Shown: positions 37,249-51,539, counted from the first letter of the whole stretch. The stretch is 63,909 bases of DNA, filler included, from Octopus bimaculoides (GCF_001194135.2; 7 parts of 5 records of this genome joined end to end with filler, not necessarily neighbours in it); one strand, 5' to 3'. The notes: generated from the letters alone by a model not told the origin. Program-made: numbers and translations.

Positions 37249-37659
37249 ATGCATTTATGTGTGTAGTATATATATNNNNNNNNNNNNNNNNNNNNNNNNN
37301 NNNNNNNNNNNNNNNNNNNNNNNNNNNNNNNNNNNNNNNNNNNNNNNNNNNNNNNNNNNNNNNNNNNNNNNNNNNNNNNNNNNNNNNNNNNNNNNNNNNN
37401 NNNNNNNNNNNNNNNNNNNNNNNNNNNNNNNNNNNNNNNNNNNNNNNNNNNNNNNNNNNNNNNNNNNNNNNNNNNNNNNNNNNNNNNNNNNNNNNNNNNN
37501 NNNNNNNNNNNNNNNNNNNNNNNNNNNNNNNNNNNNNNNNNNNNNNNNNNNNNNNNNNNNNNNNNNNNNNNNNNNNNNNNNNNNNNNNNNNNNNNNNNNN
37601 NNNNNNNNNNNNNNNNNNNNNNNNNNNNNNNNNNNNNNNNNNNNNNNNNNNNNNNNNNN

Positions 37660-37695
<36 letters not shown>

Positions 37696-38617
37696 TATGT
37701 GTATGTGTGTATGACGGGTTTGTGCATGTGTGTGTTTGTGATAGTGTGATTATGTATGCGTGTGTGCCTGTATGGAAGTGCGTGTGCTTATGTATGTGTC
37801 TGTGCCTGTATAGATGTCTGTGTGCGTGTGTTGAAAGAAACGGAAATAAAATCAGTTTTCGCTAGTAAAAATGTCACAAGAAAAATGTCACATTTCATTT
37901 AACCACCATAAATACTAATTAAAGTAATTAATTATTATTTTAAGTCGTTAATTAACTGACAGTGAAGGACTTGTGTACGTAATTACATACACTGCAGTGT
38001 CCTTAATTGGGGCGAGGGATTTACTGCTAGTTTTTAGACAGTGGTGTTTAAGGAGCTGGGCAAACGGCTTTGTTTAGGGGGAGTTGGTAGGCAAACCCCA
38101 TGATTTGGGGATCAGGCAAACAACCTAGTTGGAGGAAGGGTAGATAAACATTGGTTTAGGGCGTTGGGTAAAAACACGGGTTGGAGTGGGGGTAGGGACA
38201 CCATTTCTAGACAAAGGTGTTTCAGTAGTTAGGCAAACATTACAGACCAGTGGTTCTCGACCAGAGTCCACATGACCCTTGGGGGTCCATATAGAGTTTT
38301 CTTACTAAAGTTTATCTGCAATAAATTACTTCTACAATATACAAAATACTTTTTTTTCTACAGTAGGCACAAAGCCAAAAATTTTGGGGGAGGGGGCCAG
38401 TCGATTAGATCGACCCAGTACGCAACTGGTATTTAATTTATCGATCCCGAAAGTCGATCTCGGCAGAATTTGAACTCAGAATGTAAAGACAGACAGACAC
38501 TGTAACTTCCGGTCACATGTCATTCTTTATCTCGTCACGTCATTGGTCATTTGTCACAGTCTTCGAACATTACTTCCAAATTTTTGCACCAACAATTCTG
38601 CCAGCTCGCCTTATTAT

Positions 38618-38708
<91 letters not shown>

Positions 38709-39185
38709 TGTTGTTGTTGTTGTCGTTGTTGTTGTCGTCGATGCAGTTCTTCGGTTATATGGTATTGGTGTTGTGCTTCTGATGCAGCCACGACACCTGG
38801 TGCCGGATGAGAAGCACTTTGGGCTCTTCTTTATAAAAGTGTTTTTCTGTTCTTTATATTCTTACTTTCTAAGAATTTTCTGGGTAATTCTTGCTGCGCC
38901 AAGGAAATATATTCTGTGTGTGCTGCACCCACCCCCACATTAAGGCTTACTTCACCAAAGTTCTGACAGAGTCGTTATCGCGTCGACCAAAATGCTTTTA
39001 GCAGCTTTACTGTTGGAAAAGAAAAAAATCCTAATTTGCAAAAACCCGAAGGAATGAATAAGATGACAGGAGAATTTCGTTAAATTTATACAAAACTGTT
39101 TGATTAAATATACTTCTTTCTCTCTTTTGCTTTCCTTTTTTTTCTGTCGTCTTCTTTTCTCTATTTTTTCTCTCTTTAGATCGGA

Positions 39186-39285
39186 NNNNNNNNNNNNNNN
39201 NNNNNNNNNNNNNNNNNNNNNNNNNNNNNTTAATTAATTAANNNNNNNNNNNNNNNNNNNNNNNNNNNNNNNNNNNNNNNNNNNN
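39186..39285. other. Artificial 100-bp assembly spacer
   Basis: 44N-TTAATTAATTAA-44N. Confidence 0.95.
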
Positions 39286-39603
39286 GTGGCCGTTGCCAGT
39301 ACCGCCTGACTGGCTCCTGTAGGATTTTCGAGCGAGATCGTTGCCAGTGCCCCTGGACTGGCTTGTGCGGGTGGCACATAAAAGACACCATTTCGAGCGT
39401 GGCCGTTTTCGTGCGGGTGACACGTAAAAGCACCCACTACACTCTCTGAGTGGTTGGCGTTAGGAAGGGCATCCAGCTGTAGAAACTCTGCCAAATCAGA
39501 CTGGAGCCTGGTGTTGCCATCCGGTTTCACCAGTCCTCAGTCAAATCGTCCAACCCATGCTAGCATGGAAAGCGGACGTTAAACGATGATGATGATGATG
39601 ATG
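39286..39603 (+). mobile_element. RTE-type tail repeat family E with (GAT)n tail
   Basis: GGTTGGCGTTAGGAAGGGCATCCAGCTGTAGAAAC...GGAAAGCGGACGTTAAACGATGATGAT; copies at 40730-41065, 51575-51762 and 61345-61526. Confidence 0.8.
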
Positions 39604-39619
39604 ATTTCACTTGTTTTAC

Positions 39620-39930
39620 AGCTTTTGTTGCTTCATCGTTTTCTTCATGGTTGTCAGGTACTATGACTTCTTTCTTATATTTTTCAGCTTTCTTAAAGAC
39701 AGAAAATAGTTTTTTGTTTTGCTCATGTTTGGTGGCTACTTGTACCAGTTTTCCTTGCTTCTGAGAAGATATTTCTGTAATTCTACGGTGGTTATTTTAT
39801 AGTAGCTTTCAAGTTGTATAAGGCTTGTACTACCTTCAAGTCATTGTTTATGTAACCTTTTGATGTCAGCTTTTGGGTGGTACATCCTAAATTCTGTCAT
39901 TACTTTCCTGTCTAGTGTGGCTATTATTAA
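39620..39930 (-). mobile_element. Decayed RLE-type (R4/Dong-like) LINE RT remnant
   Basis: LDRKVMTEFRMYHPKADIKRLHKQ*LEGSTSLIQLESYYKITTVELQKYL resembles HHPKADVDRLY.PR.EGGRGL..LE. Confidence 0.65.
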
Positions 39931-40729
39931 AAGAAATCTTTATTATTATCATTATTATTATTATCATCATCATTATTACTATTATGGCAGTGAACAGGCA
40001 AAATTGTTAGCAAGCCAGGCAAAATGTCAAGTGGCATTTCATCCATCTTTACATTTTGGGTTCAAATGCTGCCAGAGTTGACTTTGCTTTTCATTATTTT
40101 GAGGTTGATAAAATAAGTACCAGTTGAGCAAGATAGTGGTTTCAATTCCTAGACCAAGCAGTGCATTGTGCTCTTGTGCAAAACACTTAATCTCATGTTG
40201 CTCTGTGGTCACATCGACACCTGACGCATGGTACACCATGCACCTGTTTGGGCAACATTGATTTGATGGAGGGAGCAAGCTAATGTAGAGTACATACATT
40301 TGATCACTATAAAGAAATCATTTGTGCAAGTCATTCAGAATAAGCTCAACACTCATATGTCATCTTTGATGGGAGAGTCCATCAGTATTGTCATTATTAT
40401 TATTATTTTTTTTCTTTTTTTCAGGATTGAAATATAAGAAAAATGAAGCCAGGAATCTACAAAAATAATTTTGGCTATTCTGAGTGAGGGAAATGAATAA
40501 TTAAATGTTTAATAGTAGATTGTTTTACAGATTTTTGTGCCCATTTCTTAAAAGCTTCATTAATTAACATAAGTTGGCAACCAGTAGTGTGGCATAATAT
40601 GCAGCAGATCTTTCGTGTTTACTAAAAGTATCAGAGAAATGATTTTAATCATAATATTACCTCCTTTACATATTCTACACTTCTACAAAAAAGGCATACC
40701 TACACAACTGTGCCCCTTCCTCATTCATC

Positions 40730-41065
40730 ATCATCATCATCATCCTCATCATCGTTTAACGTCCGCTTTCCATGCTAGCATGGGTTGGACGATTTGACTG
40801 AGGACTGGTGAAACCAGATGGCTACACCAGGCTCCAATCCGATTTGGCAGAGTTTCTACAGCTGGATGCCTTTCCTAATGCCAACCACTCAGAGAGTGTA
40901 GTAGGTGCTTTTACGTGCCACCGGCACGAAGGCCAGTCAGGCGGTACTGGCAGCGGCCACACTCAAAATGGTGTATTTTATGTGCCACCCGCACAAGAGC
41001 CAGTCCAGGGGCACTGGCAACGATCTCGCTCGAAAGTCCTTACACATGCCGCAGGCACAAGTGCC
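40730..41065 (-). mobile_element. RTE-type tail repeat family E
   Basis: Reverse complement of 39286-39603, starting with (CAT)n CGTTTAACGTCCGCTTTCC. Confidence 0.8.
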
Positions 41066-41418
41066 GACTTTGTTAACTCGTAACTTACAGAAAAATGGAT
41101 ATTCTTTAATGAAATTTACTACAAATATGATTCAGATGGTATAGATTCAGATTATATCAGAATTTGTTGAAAAAATAGTTTTTCTGAGGGAAGTAGAAGA
41201 GGAGTTTTGGAAAATTCACATGAGTTGGATGTGTTTACTCATAACTTTCAGAAAAATGGTTATTTTGTAATGAAATTTTCTATGAAAACCTTTCAGATGG
41301 CGTAGATTATGATTATATCAGAATTTAATATGAAAAATAATGGTGAATTTGCATTTTTTTCCCCTCTGCATTCATTTTGAATATAATCACAATCTACATA
41401 TTCTGAAAATAATTTTTA

Positions 41419-42260
41419 TTCTTTTACTTGTTTCAGTCATTTGACTGCAGCGATGCTGGAGCACTGCCTTAGAGGGTTTTTAGTTGAACAAATCATCCCC
41501 AAGACTTTTTTTCAAGCCTAGTACTTATTCTATCATCTCTTTTGCCGAACCACTAAGTTACAGGGAAGTAAGCACACCAACACCAGTTGTCCATCAGTGA
41601 TGGAGGGGACAAACAAAGACACAAAGTCTCACATACACATAGATATATATACATGAGTGGCTGTGTGGTAAGAAGCTTGCTTTCCAACCACATGGTTCCG
41701 AGTTCAGTCTCACTGCATGGCACTTTGGGTAAGTGTCTTTTACTATAGCTTCAGGCCAACCAAAGCCTTGTGAGTGGATTTGGTAGACAGGAACTGAAAG
41801 AAGCCCATCCAATATATATATATATATGTGTGCGTGTGTATGTGTGTGTGCGTGTGTATGTGTGTGTGTGTGTGTTTGTGTGTGTGTGTGCTTGTGTGTG
41901 TGTGAGTTTGTCCCCCACCCCACCATCGCTTGACACTGATATTGGTGTGTTTATGTCCCCATGACTTAGTAGTTTAGCAAAAGAGGCTGATAGAATAAGT
42001 ACTAAGCTTACAAAGAATAAGTTCTGGGGTCTATTTGTTTCACTAAAGGTGGTGCTCCAGCATGGCCACAGTCAAATGACTGAAACAAGTAAAAGCATAA
42101 AAGAATATGATGGTTTCTTTCAGTTTTCATCTACCAAATTCACTCCCAATGCTTTGGTTAGACCGAGGCTATAGTAGAGGACACTAGCCCAAGGTGCTAT
42201 GCAGTGGGACTGAACCTGGAACCATATGCATGGGATGCAAGTGTCTAACCACACAGTCAC
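41419..42260 (-). mobile_element. CORE-SINE split by an antisense copy of the same family
   Basis: 3' half at 41419-41626 and 5' half at 42115-42260, with a complete + strand copy between them. Confidence 0.8.
41655..42103 (+). mobile_element. Full-length CORE-SINE family B
   Basis: GAGTGGCTGTGTGGTAAG head, CCGAGTTCAGTCTC B box, CACTTTGGGTAAGTG core, central (TA/TG)n and CAGTCAAATGACTGAAACAAGTAAAAG tail. Confidence 0.85.
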
Positions 42261-43748
42261 ATCTGAAAATTTCATTGAAATATACACATTTTTCTGAAAT
42301 TTATAAGGAAACTGATGATTCATGTGAATTTTCTGAAACTTTTCTCCATACCCCCAGATTTCTACAATATAATCAGAATCTATACCATCCAAAGAGTATT
42401 GGTTGAAAATTTCATTTGAAAATATAGATTTTTCTGAAAGTTATGAGGGAACAAATTCAAAGGGATTTGCTGCGAAAAAACTTTTCTAAGATGGCGAGGG
42501 GGAGTTTCAGAATATTTACAGGAGTTGGCTTTCTCTCCTCATAAATTTCAGAAAATTGAGTATTTTTAAATGAAATTTTCTACCAGGTTCAGTCCCACTG
42601 CATGACACCTTGGGCAAGTACTTTCAACTTTAGCCTCGGGTTGACCAAAACCTTGTGAGTGGATTTTGGTGGAGGGAAACTGAAAGAAGTACTTCGTTTA
42701 ATCTCTGTGTGTGTGTGAGTGAGGATGTTCAGACGGCTGAACAGATCCAAGTAATATTCTAATCATAAGAAACTAGTTAATAATCAGCGTGTGTGTGTGT
42801 AAACTTTAAGAGAGTCACTATACAATATGTTATACGATAGGAAGAAGTGGAGATTCAAGAGATTCCCCTGCAGCACATTCGAGCTACGACCCCAGTAGCA
42901 TCGTAGAAAATAACTCATTTCTATTCTTTTTTTTTTAAACTACATACAAAGGGGATTACAAATTAAACAAAAATGAATTTCCCTTATGTAAATTTTCAAA
43001 CATTTTCCTTTTAACTATTATATGTCCCTAAAGCGATAGATTTAATGTTGAAAATGAAAGAGGTCGAAATAACGGAGACTGGTTTGGGATTAAGTCAAAC
43101 TTACAATTTCACAAGTAATGTGTTGACTCCTAATTATTTAACAGAAATGTGTCGATAGGCAAATTTTATTCTTTATGTGTTCTATTCCTTCATTTTCGGA
43201 CTGCATCACCAGCATTAGTTCACTCGATCCCACCACAACCATTGACTCCCGGGTGTATTTATAGACACCCAAGGATTGTCCATTCGATCAAAATAATCGG
43301 TATCAACAACTTAAAGAAGCCCTGGTGTAGACTATATTTAAAGTAGCGGTAAGAAATCTTATAACACAACAAAGCTGGCTCTATGCAGTTGCTCGAACTG
43401 CTAGGAATAGCAGCGAAATCTCCCCTTTGAAATTTATAAGACTGTACGATCTTATAAATAAAGTAAAAATGACACATTGAATAATGCAATCCACCCTGAA
43501 TTAAACTAAATACGAGAGGGTCACAGCTGGAATGCTAGATCAGGATTGATTTGGGGATAAACAACAACAAACAGGGAGCTTTTCCATAGTAGCTAGATCT
43601 GCTAGAAATAACGAAGTTCCTTGAAAACACCAACCATCGTCTTGAAAAGAAAAGGACTTGTATGAAGTTTTGTATAATGAATCTAAAATTTAAATATATA
43701 TATATATATATATATATAGGCATAACTACAGAGTTCTACCCCCCCCCC

Positions 43749-43848
43749 NNNNNNNNNNNNNNNNNNNNNNNNNNNNNNNNNNNNNNNNNNNNTTAATTAA
43801 TTAANNNNNNNNNNNNNNNNNNNNNNNNNNNNNNNNNNNNNNNNNNNN
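43749..43848. other. Artificial 100-bp assembly spacer
   Basis: 44N-TTAATTAATTAA-44N. Confidence 0.95.
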
Positions 43849-44589
43849 AAACCCACGACGAATAAAAATATGCAGTAATACACGTGGGAATCGAACACCT
43901 ACACCTCTCATTTTCGCGATATATATATATACATACACATATACATGAATGTATGCACGTTGCCTTCAGAAACCCCCCCCCATTCTCGTTTATCACTTTG
44001 TACCTCTCCCTCTCCCTCTCAATCCCCCTCTCTTATTCACTCTGCATATACTTCCGTCGTCATTTCCACACCCTCTCTTCCTTCCCCCTCTTTCATTGTC
44101 TCTCTCTGTATCTTTCTCTTCTCTCTCTCTCTCTCTGTCTTTCCCCCTCTCTCTCTCTCTTTCTCGCGCCAACTCATTCAAACACGAATACTTCTCGTTT
44201 GCCCTCTTCTCTCTCACAAAACTAAGCAGGTCGCCGATCCTCTCTGACGGACACTAACAATAATCTTCACCTTCTCTACGTGTGTTCTTATCTCTTCCTC
44301 TCACTCTCTCCCTCCTTCTCTCTCTCTTTTTTTTACGGATATTTAAGTGAATACTATTAATTATCTTGTGTACCCGGCACGGAGCATAATTCGGGACTTC
44401 CGATACCGGGTAAGTTCTTTTAAAAATCTTATTTTAACTGCAGAACACACACACACACACACACACATACACACACACACACACGTGTGTGTGTGTGTTT
44501 GTAGATATTTATTTCGTTATTTACCGTCTGTAAGAGTTATTGTTGATAGACTGTTCAGCCTATAGAAATATTCCACGACCACTGTTGCA

Positions 44590-44630
<41 letters not shown>

Positions 44631-46028
44631 CTTTCTATCTATCTATCTATCTATCTCTTTCTATCTATCTATCTCTATCGTGTGTGTATGTCTATCTACT
44701 TCTCTCTCTTTCTCTTCACATACACACTCAGACATATATATATGTATATATATACACGCGCTCAATCGCTCATGGACACATCGTCAATATATAAAATAAA
44801 GCAGGTGAACGTTATGTGACTTCCCGTCCACACATTTATTCCTCTTTTCTCTCTCTCTCTGTTTATCACACACACACACACACACATACACATAGTGCCA
44901 TGGTTTCTCTCCCACCCTCTGTTCTGTTTACATTCGTTCTGTTTCTTTACTAAATTCTTTCCTAATTTCTTCAACCCATTCTCTCTCTCTCTCTCTCTCC
45001 CCTCTGATTTTCTCTCTTCTAATAGCTACGCCAAATATTCCTCTAACATCATTCCATCTCCTCTCTTTTGAGTCTCTCTTCTGTTTCTCTCTCACATCTC
45101 TCTCTATTCTTTTCTCTCTTCCCTCTGTCTATCACTCAACCACTGTCTCTCTCTTACATCCACGTATCTTTTCTTTCTCTCTCTCTATCCTCTTTCTCTT
45201 CAAATCGTCTTCCGGGACCCATAAAAATTTGAGTTTTATTCGAAATTCTCATCTTACTTTCTCAGTTTCCTCATCACCACCACACTCTTTGTCTTTCCCC
45301 ATCTCCCCCTCTCTCTCTGTGTCGGTATCTGTCGCTCTATCTCTCTCTGTCAATCTATTCCTTTCTCTCTGGCTGTCCATCTCTATCTCTGTCAGTTTGT
45401 CCCGTTCTCTGTGCATCTCTCTCTCTCTGTCTGTATGTCTTGTCTCTCTCTCTCTCTATCTCTATCAGTCTGTCCCTTTCTCTCTGTGGCTGTTGCTCTC
45501 TCCCTCTCTCCATTCTCCTGACTCGGGCTGGTCTTCTGTTTTCTCTCTTAAATCTGTTTTCCAAGAAATCGTGGGTAAAGAATTTAAATGGGGGGCGAGA
45601 GAGAGAAGACGATGCGGGTGGGGAGTATGTCGTATCAAAATAGTGGACATGTGACTAGTCACGTTCGCAAACTCACATGTTTATATATACATGTATATAT
45701 GCGTATACGTGTATGTATATACATGCATATACATGTATGCATACATGTTCCTGTATATATACATGTATATATACGTATACAATATATTTGCGAAAAAATA
45801 AAGACTGGATGGTCACAGCTGGATTGCTTTTGATCACAGGTTTGCTTCATTATCGCTGACCCGGGCTGAATAGCATAGTTCCTCTTATACCTTGTGTACC
45901 AGTAACATACTATGTCAATCAATTACTTTAATATTGTTTCATAAAGATTGGTCGTGTGTCTGCGATTCAAGACACACACACTCTCTCTCTCTCACATACA
46001 CACACACACACTCTCCCTCTCTCTCTCG

Positions 46029-46068
<40 letters not shown>

Positions 46069-46309
46069 CTCTCTCTCTCTCTCTCTCTCATACACACACA
46101 CGCAACCACACGCGAAAGATAAACTTTACCTAACCTGCCAACCCAAGTCTGTAATATCTCCAAGCAAAATGTGTGTATATCTACGTGTATATATGTATGT
46201 ATCTGTGTGTGTATGTATCTATGAGTGCACTGCACCTATGTGTATATGTGTGCGTGTATGTATGTGTATTGTACTTACGTAACTATATATGTTTGTGTGT
46301 AGTTCTATG

Positions 46310-46527
46310 TACGAGGAGGTGCTGAAAAGTTCCTGGCTTTGGGCAAAAGAAAATACAAGTGGATAAGTTAATTGTGATTTTAACCAACATATTCCCCTCC
46401 CAGATTCACTTATTGCAGTGGTCCTTCAGTTTTTCTAAGCCCTGTAAAAGAACTTGGCAGGTTTAGGCCTCCAACCAGGCCTTTCGCTACACTTTTAAAG
46501 CCAGGAACTTTTCAGCACCCCCTCGTA
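46310..46527. mobile_element. Mariner-type MITE
   Basis: TA-CGAGGAGGTGCTGAAAAGTTCCTGGCTTT ... AAAGCCAGGAACTTTTCAGCACCCCCTCG-TA; 29-bp TIRs with one mismatch. Confidence 0.9.
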
Positions 46528-47419
46528 TGTATGTATGTCAGATTGGTTTATGCTGTTTAGTCCCAAGCCATTCAGACAGAACAAATCACTGGCCAGAGAC
46601 GTTCCAACCAAAGCCACCACGTTTTATTTATTTATTTGTAATAATTTCAGTTATTCAGTTCGACCGATCTACATAGGATATGATTCGAGGAAGATTTAGT
46701 TGCTATTTCTAGGACCGCCTAGATGTTCTCTGTTTTGTTGGTGCATTATCGATTAGTGTTGCTTTTGCTCCAGTCCAACCCTCCCATCAAGCAGCCCTCT
46801 GGTCAAAAGACCTTCCTGTTGTGACCATCTCATCTTATTTTCACTCATTGGACCCCCGCATCTTCTGTTCACCCCCACACTATATCTCCATTACGGTAGT
46901 AACGGTGTATTTTGAGGGATGTTTAGCTGTTATTTCTAGCAGAGGCTGCGATTGCGAAGAGGCTTCCCCGACCTTTTACAGTATCCTATGTTTTTCAATG
47001 TTAAATTTTCGAAGGACATTAATGGGAATTAGCTTTATCCAGCGATCGAAACCGTTCAGCCAACTCAGCTATTTTATGTCTGTTTAGAAACATCTATTTC
47101 TTGCATAAGAACAGAGACTCATAGCGACTTGGCAAAGTCGTTCGAGCTTAGTGTGAGGGGGGGGGGAACCGGTATAACTACAGATTGATGCCCCTTTTCC
47201 GAGTTTGTTTCCTTATAACCATAGGCTCGGGAACGGGGTTGCAAGCGTCCACCCCTACCTAAATTTCTTTTGGTGGCGGTGGTGGTGTTGCGGGTTGCGG
47301 CAATGAAAACGTTTTGAGCATCGTAAAACGAACGAGTGTAGATAGATTTTTGGAAGGATTTGAAGTATTATTTTTCCATTATAAAATTTATCTAATTTGA
47401 TTGATAAACAAATATAATA

Positions 47420-47552
47420 ATGCTTTCAAATTTTGGTACAAGGCCAGCAATTTTGGGGAGAGGATGAGTCGATTATATCGATCCCAGTGCGCAACTGGTA
47501 CTTTTTTATTGACCCCCGTACGGATGAAAGGCAAAGTCGACCTCGGCGGAAT
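47420..47552 (-). mobile_element. Family A SINE fragment
   Basis: CAACTGGTAC...GATGAAAGGCAAAGTCGACCTCGGCGGAAT. Confidence 0.75.
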
Positions 47553-48296
47553 GTACAAATATAATGATAATAATAATTATTATTAAACCTGTGTTTGTTT
47601 TGATATTAAGATTGAAAAACATCGACCGTATTTCTACAAAATCTTTGACTTGGATTTGCAACCCTAAGCAAATTTCGATCCCGCACTTAATGCTCATAAC
47701 TTTCTGAAAAATGTATACTTTTCTAATGAAATTGTGCAAAGACATGTTTTCGAGATTGTACTTTACGATTGTGTTGATAGAATTTAATAATAACGTTTTA
47801 GGAATTTTGGATCGTTTATCCTTTTTTAATTTTGTTGGTACCAAGTTCTATATTTTACCATTTAAAGAATTAAAATTAAAAAAAACAAAAAAACTATTTT
47901 TTGTTGTTGCAGAATCGTAATTTCTTTTATTGAAAACATGAGTCCGAAGAAATTTTTGATGAAAGAAAAAAAGGGGATTCAATACGGCTGCCTGGGCCGA
48001 ATAATATATTTACACTTTCAGTTTGTGATCATAAACCGAAAGAATGAAATAAGGAAGAACAAAAGCACATTGGGAAAAAACTCCCCAGGTGCAGATCCAT
48101 AAGACTTAGGAAGGGCAGAAAATGTCAGGAATGGAATGCCTGACGCGATGTCTTTCAGAATGAAATAATTCAGTTGTAATCGCGCTTGAAGGCGGTGGGA
48201 GGGGCAGGGAAGGTTCATGGTATAAGTAGGTACTTGATAAACGGCGGAAGGTCTGCCCCCTCCCCTCAGATTTGTGGGTATGTTGTATAGTATTTA

Positions 48297-48678
48297 TCAT
48301 CATTTAACATCGACTTTTCCATGTCTGTATGTGTTTGACGGAATATGTCGAAGCAGCTTTTCGACGCCCTTCATGTGGCCAGTCTTCACTTATTTCTAAG
48401 CAAGGTAACTTCTTCCCCCACGGCCAGACATAATTTTCATTAAAGACTTGAAACGGACAACATCGTTTGTAGGACGGTGGTGCTCATTTACAACCATCAC
48501 GTGACGCCAAGACAAGGATTCACACGAACGCGATAGGCTTCTTTCAGTTTCTGTCAACCATATCTACTCACGAAGCTTTGCGGCCTGGGATGATAACGGT
48601 TGCCCAAGGTACCGTACATTGGGACTGAACTTAAGAACCTATGGTTCCAAGGCAAATTTCTTAACTACACAGCCACGC
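48297..48678 (-). mobile_element. CORE-SINE head with RTE-like alternative tail, second copy
   Basis: CATCATTTAACATCGACTTTTCCATG tail joined to GGCTTCTTTCAGTTTC...TTGCCCAAGG...GGGACTGAAC head. Confidence 0.6.
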
Positions 48679-50084
48679 TTGTATATGAGTGGCTCTGTCT
48701 ACGTGTGTGAGTGAGATTCAGAATGTCTTACTTTAGATTTGTAATGAAAGATCTTTCTAGCTATCACCATTCCGTCTTTAGAAACAGTTTATTTTGTTGA
48801 GGTAGATGAGATGCAAGAGAAAATTAGTTGGGATCAGGTCCTGTGAAGTATCAACTAGAACAGCACGTTGCATCTAGTTTAGCGTTGTTTCGTATTTACC
48901 GCCATGGTGGTAGAGCGCTGGAGTAAAAACTGTTGTCATAGTATATAGTTATATACACGTCGTTTAGTGGCGTTGCTTGGTGTTTGGCCACACCTTTCGT
49001 CACACATACCTACCATCGAGTACAACAAACATGTGTAGATAAAGTGGCCACCCCGTGCGATCCGCAGACATCATGCTACGCCACTGCATTTTTTTTCTGC
49101 CTAAACTCTACGAGATATGGTTTTCGTATCTTACCTCTCTATAAGCGGTAAAACAAATACCAAATATTAAGGGCAAAGACTGGGATTATTTTGAGTGCGT
49201 CCTGTGCTCTGTGAAAACAGAGTAGGGTAGACTTTTCCACAGTGCACCGGGTCGTAGTCACAGTACTGCTTTACTTTAATAGTTTTTAATTAAATTGTTC
49301 TTGAACTCCAGATTAGCCCTGAACAAGCAGTACGTTGAACTTCAGAGTTGTCCCAGGCGTGACCAACCCATCATTTATTTCTGGCACAATGTATCTAGGA
49401 TTTCATTATCTGGCGTGTCCAGTGTATTTTTTTTTTCAAGACCGTAGGGTGTGGTTTCGGAAGAGATTTGTCTGCTAATTCTTGTAGGTCGAGGGACTGC
49501 ATATAGGTAACGTGTTGATGCTGCTTTCATTTGACTATATACAACCGAGAAAAGCATGAACACCACCACGTCCGCTACATTGTCGTTTATCCTGCAAGAA
49601 ACGCCAGAAAGAATCAGGTGGCCCTCTGGTTGAGTACTTCATATTTGTCACTCAAGATCATCACCTTGATCTCGTTAGCTAATATGTCTGGGGGAAAAAA
49701 TGACGGGATGGTCATTGGATGGAACGCCTTTAATCACTGACTTGCTCAATGATAATTTACCTGCGGCTAAACAACAATAACAACATCAAGAAGTGTCAAA
49801 TGTTTGTAGTGTTTTGTCCCAGTGGTTACATCTAGTTTTGTCACGTCGTGTAAATATCAGAGGTGACACTAGTGTCGTTGGCCGTTATCGCTGCAAGTGG
49901 TGAAGTGGAGGCTGTGATATTCATGCCCTTCCCACAACATTCAAGTGGAATCGTAACAGAAGACAATTCCATCATGTCGTTTTAGATCCGAAATAACTGT
50001 TTCACTCTCACACCTGTACAAACAGACACATTCCTGTAGACAGATCCACTCAGATATACATATATATATATATACACACACACG

Positions 50085-50146
<62 letters not shown>

Positions 50147-50866
50147 CACACAATCATGTGGACACATATATACAAACTTTGACATACACAAAAACAGATG
50201 CACACACGTGTGCTCACAAACACATACATTCACACCTGTACAAACACACAGAACGACAAAGCCAGTCTCTNNNNNNNNNNNNNNNNNNNNNNNNNNNNNN
50301 NNNNNNNNNNNNNNNNNNNNNNNNNNNNNNNNNNNNNNNNNNNNNNNNNNNNNNNNNNNNNNNNNNNNNNNNNNNATATATATTCATGTACAGAGGCGTG
50401 AGAGAGAGAGAAACGCGTACATAGACGTATGCATCAACACATACACACTTAGGTACATTCATACACGTAGACAGCACACACACACACACACACACACACG
50501 TATACTAAGACTAACACAGGTACACTGTTCACATAAATACATCACGTAGCCACTTGCATACACCTAGACTCACGTACACACACACACACACACACGCGTC
50601 AGCACTGACATACGTACAGTCCCACACACAATTTATGATTGTGTGTGTGTATAATCTCGCATACAAGCTGTAGAGCAAGTTTAGCTGTATGTATGTATGT
50701 GTGTGTGTGTGTGTGGGTGGGGGTAGGATGGGTAGATATGCGTGTGTCTGTATAATGTAGACAGTTTCATATGATTTTAATTAATGTCTGTTTTTATTCC
50801 TGCTGAAATTATATTTATATAAATGATTATCTTAGTACACACACGTGTATTCACCAATATGTATAC

Positions 50867-50964
<98 letters not shown>

Positions 50965-51286
50965 GCTTGTGTGTGTCTGTATATATATATATATATATAT
51001 ATATTCTTTTGTATTTTATAATAATTGGCAGAAGTTAAAGAGTGACTTAAGGGCTCGGAGTTTCGTGCATAAGCATTTATCAAACTCTTGGCCCTTGAGT
51101 TACTTCTGTATCTTCTGCTGATTATTTATAACACACATACACACACACACACATGTATATCTGTATCTGTTTACTTAGACTAATTTTTAATTAGTAGTTG
51201 AGTATTTTCTTCAGTAAATAGATGTGTTGATTAAATGAATTAAGATGTGTCTGGTGAAGTTGACATTTGTCTACCAGTAGTTGTAG

Positions 51287-51324
<38 letters not shown>

Positions 51325-51539
51325 TACACACACACTACATGTGCATATGAGTATATATGTATATGTACCTATGTATGTATACAAGTACCTATTAATATAT
51401 ACATGATTTGATTGCTGTATTAGCGCGTTTTAGCTCTTATTTCTAGTAATGTAGGTATTTCTAACACTCTTAGTTATATTTAATGACAATTATAGTTCTC
51501 CATCTTGGTAAAACATTGCACACCACTGCCTATATTAAT

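Noticed and set aside
40793-40820. CTGAGGA-CTGGT-GAAA in family E repeats (also near 61398)
   Set aside because: No stem II can form between the core halves.
43200-43330. Possible Gypsy gag remnant (ISSLDPTTT...YQQLKEAL)
   Set aside because: Similarity is short and weak, with no LTR or pol sequence nearby.
45649-45664. GTGACTAGTCAC palindrome with E-box-like flanks as a promoter element
   Set aside because: It is a single short palindrome with no supporting gene start.
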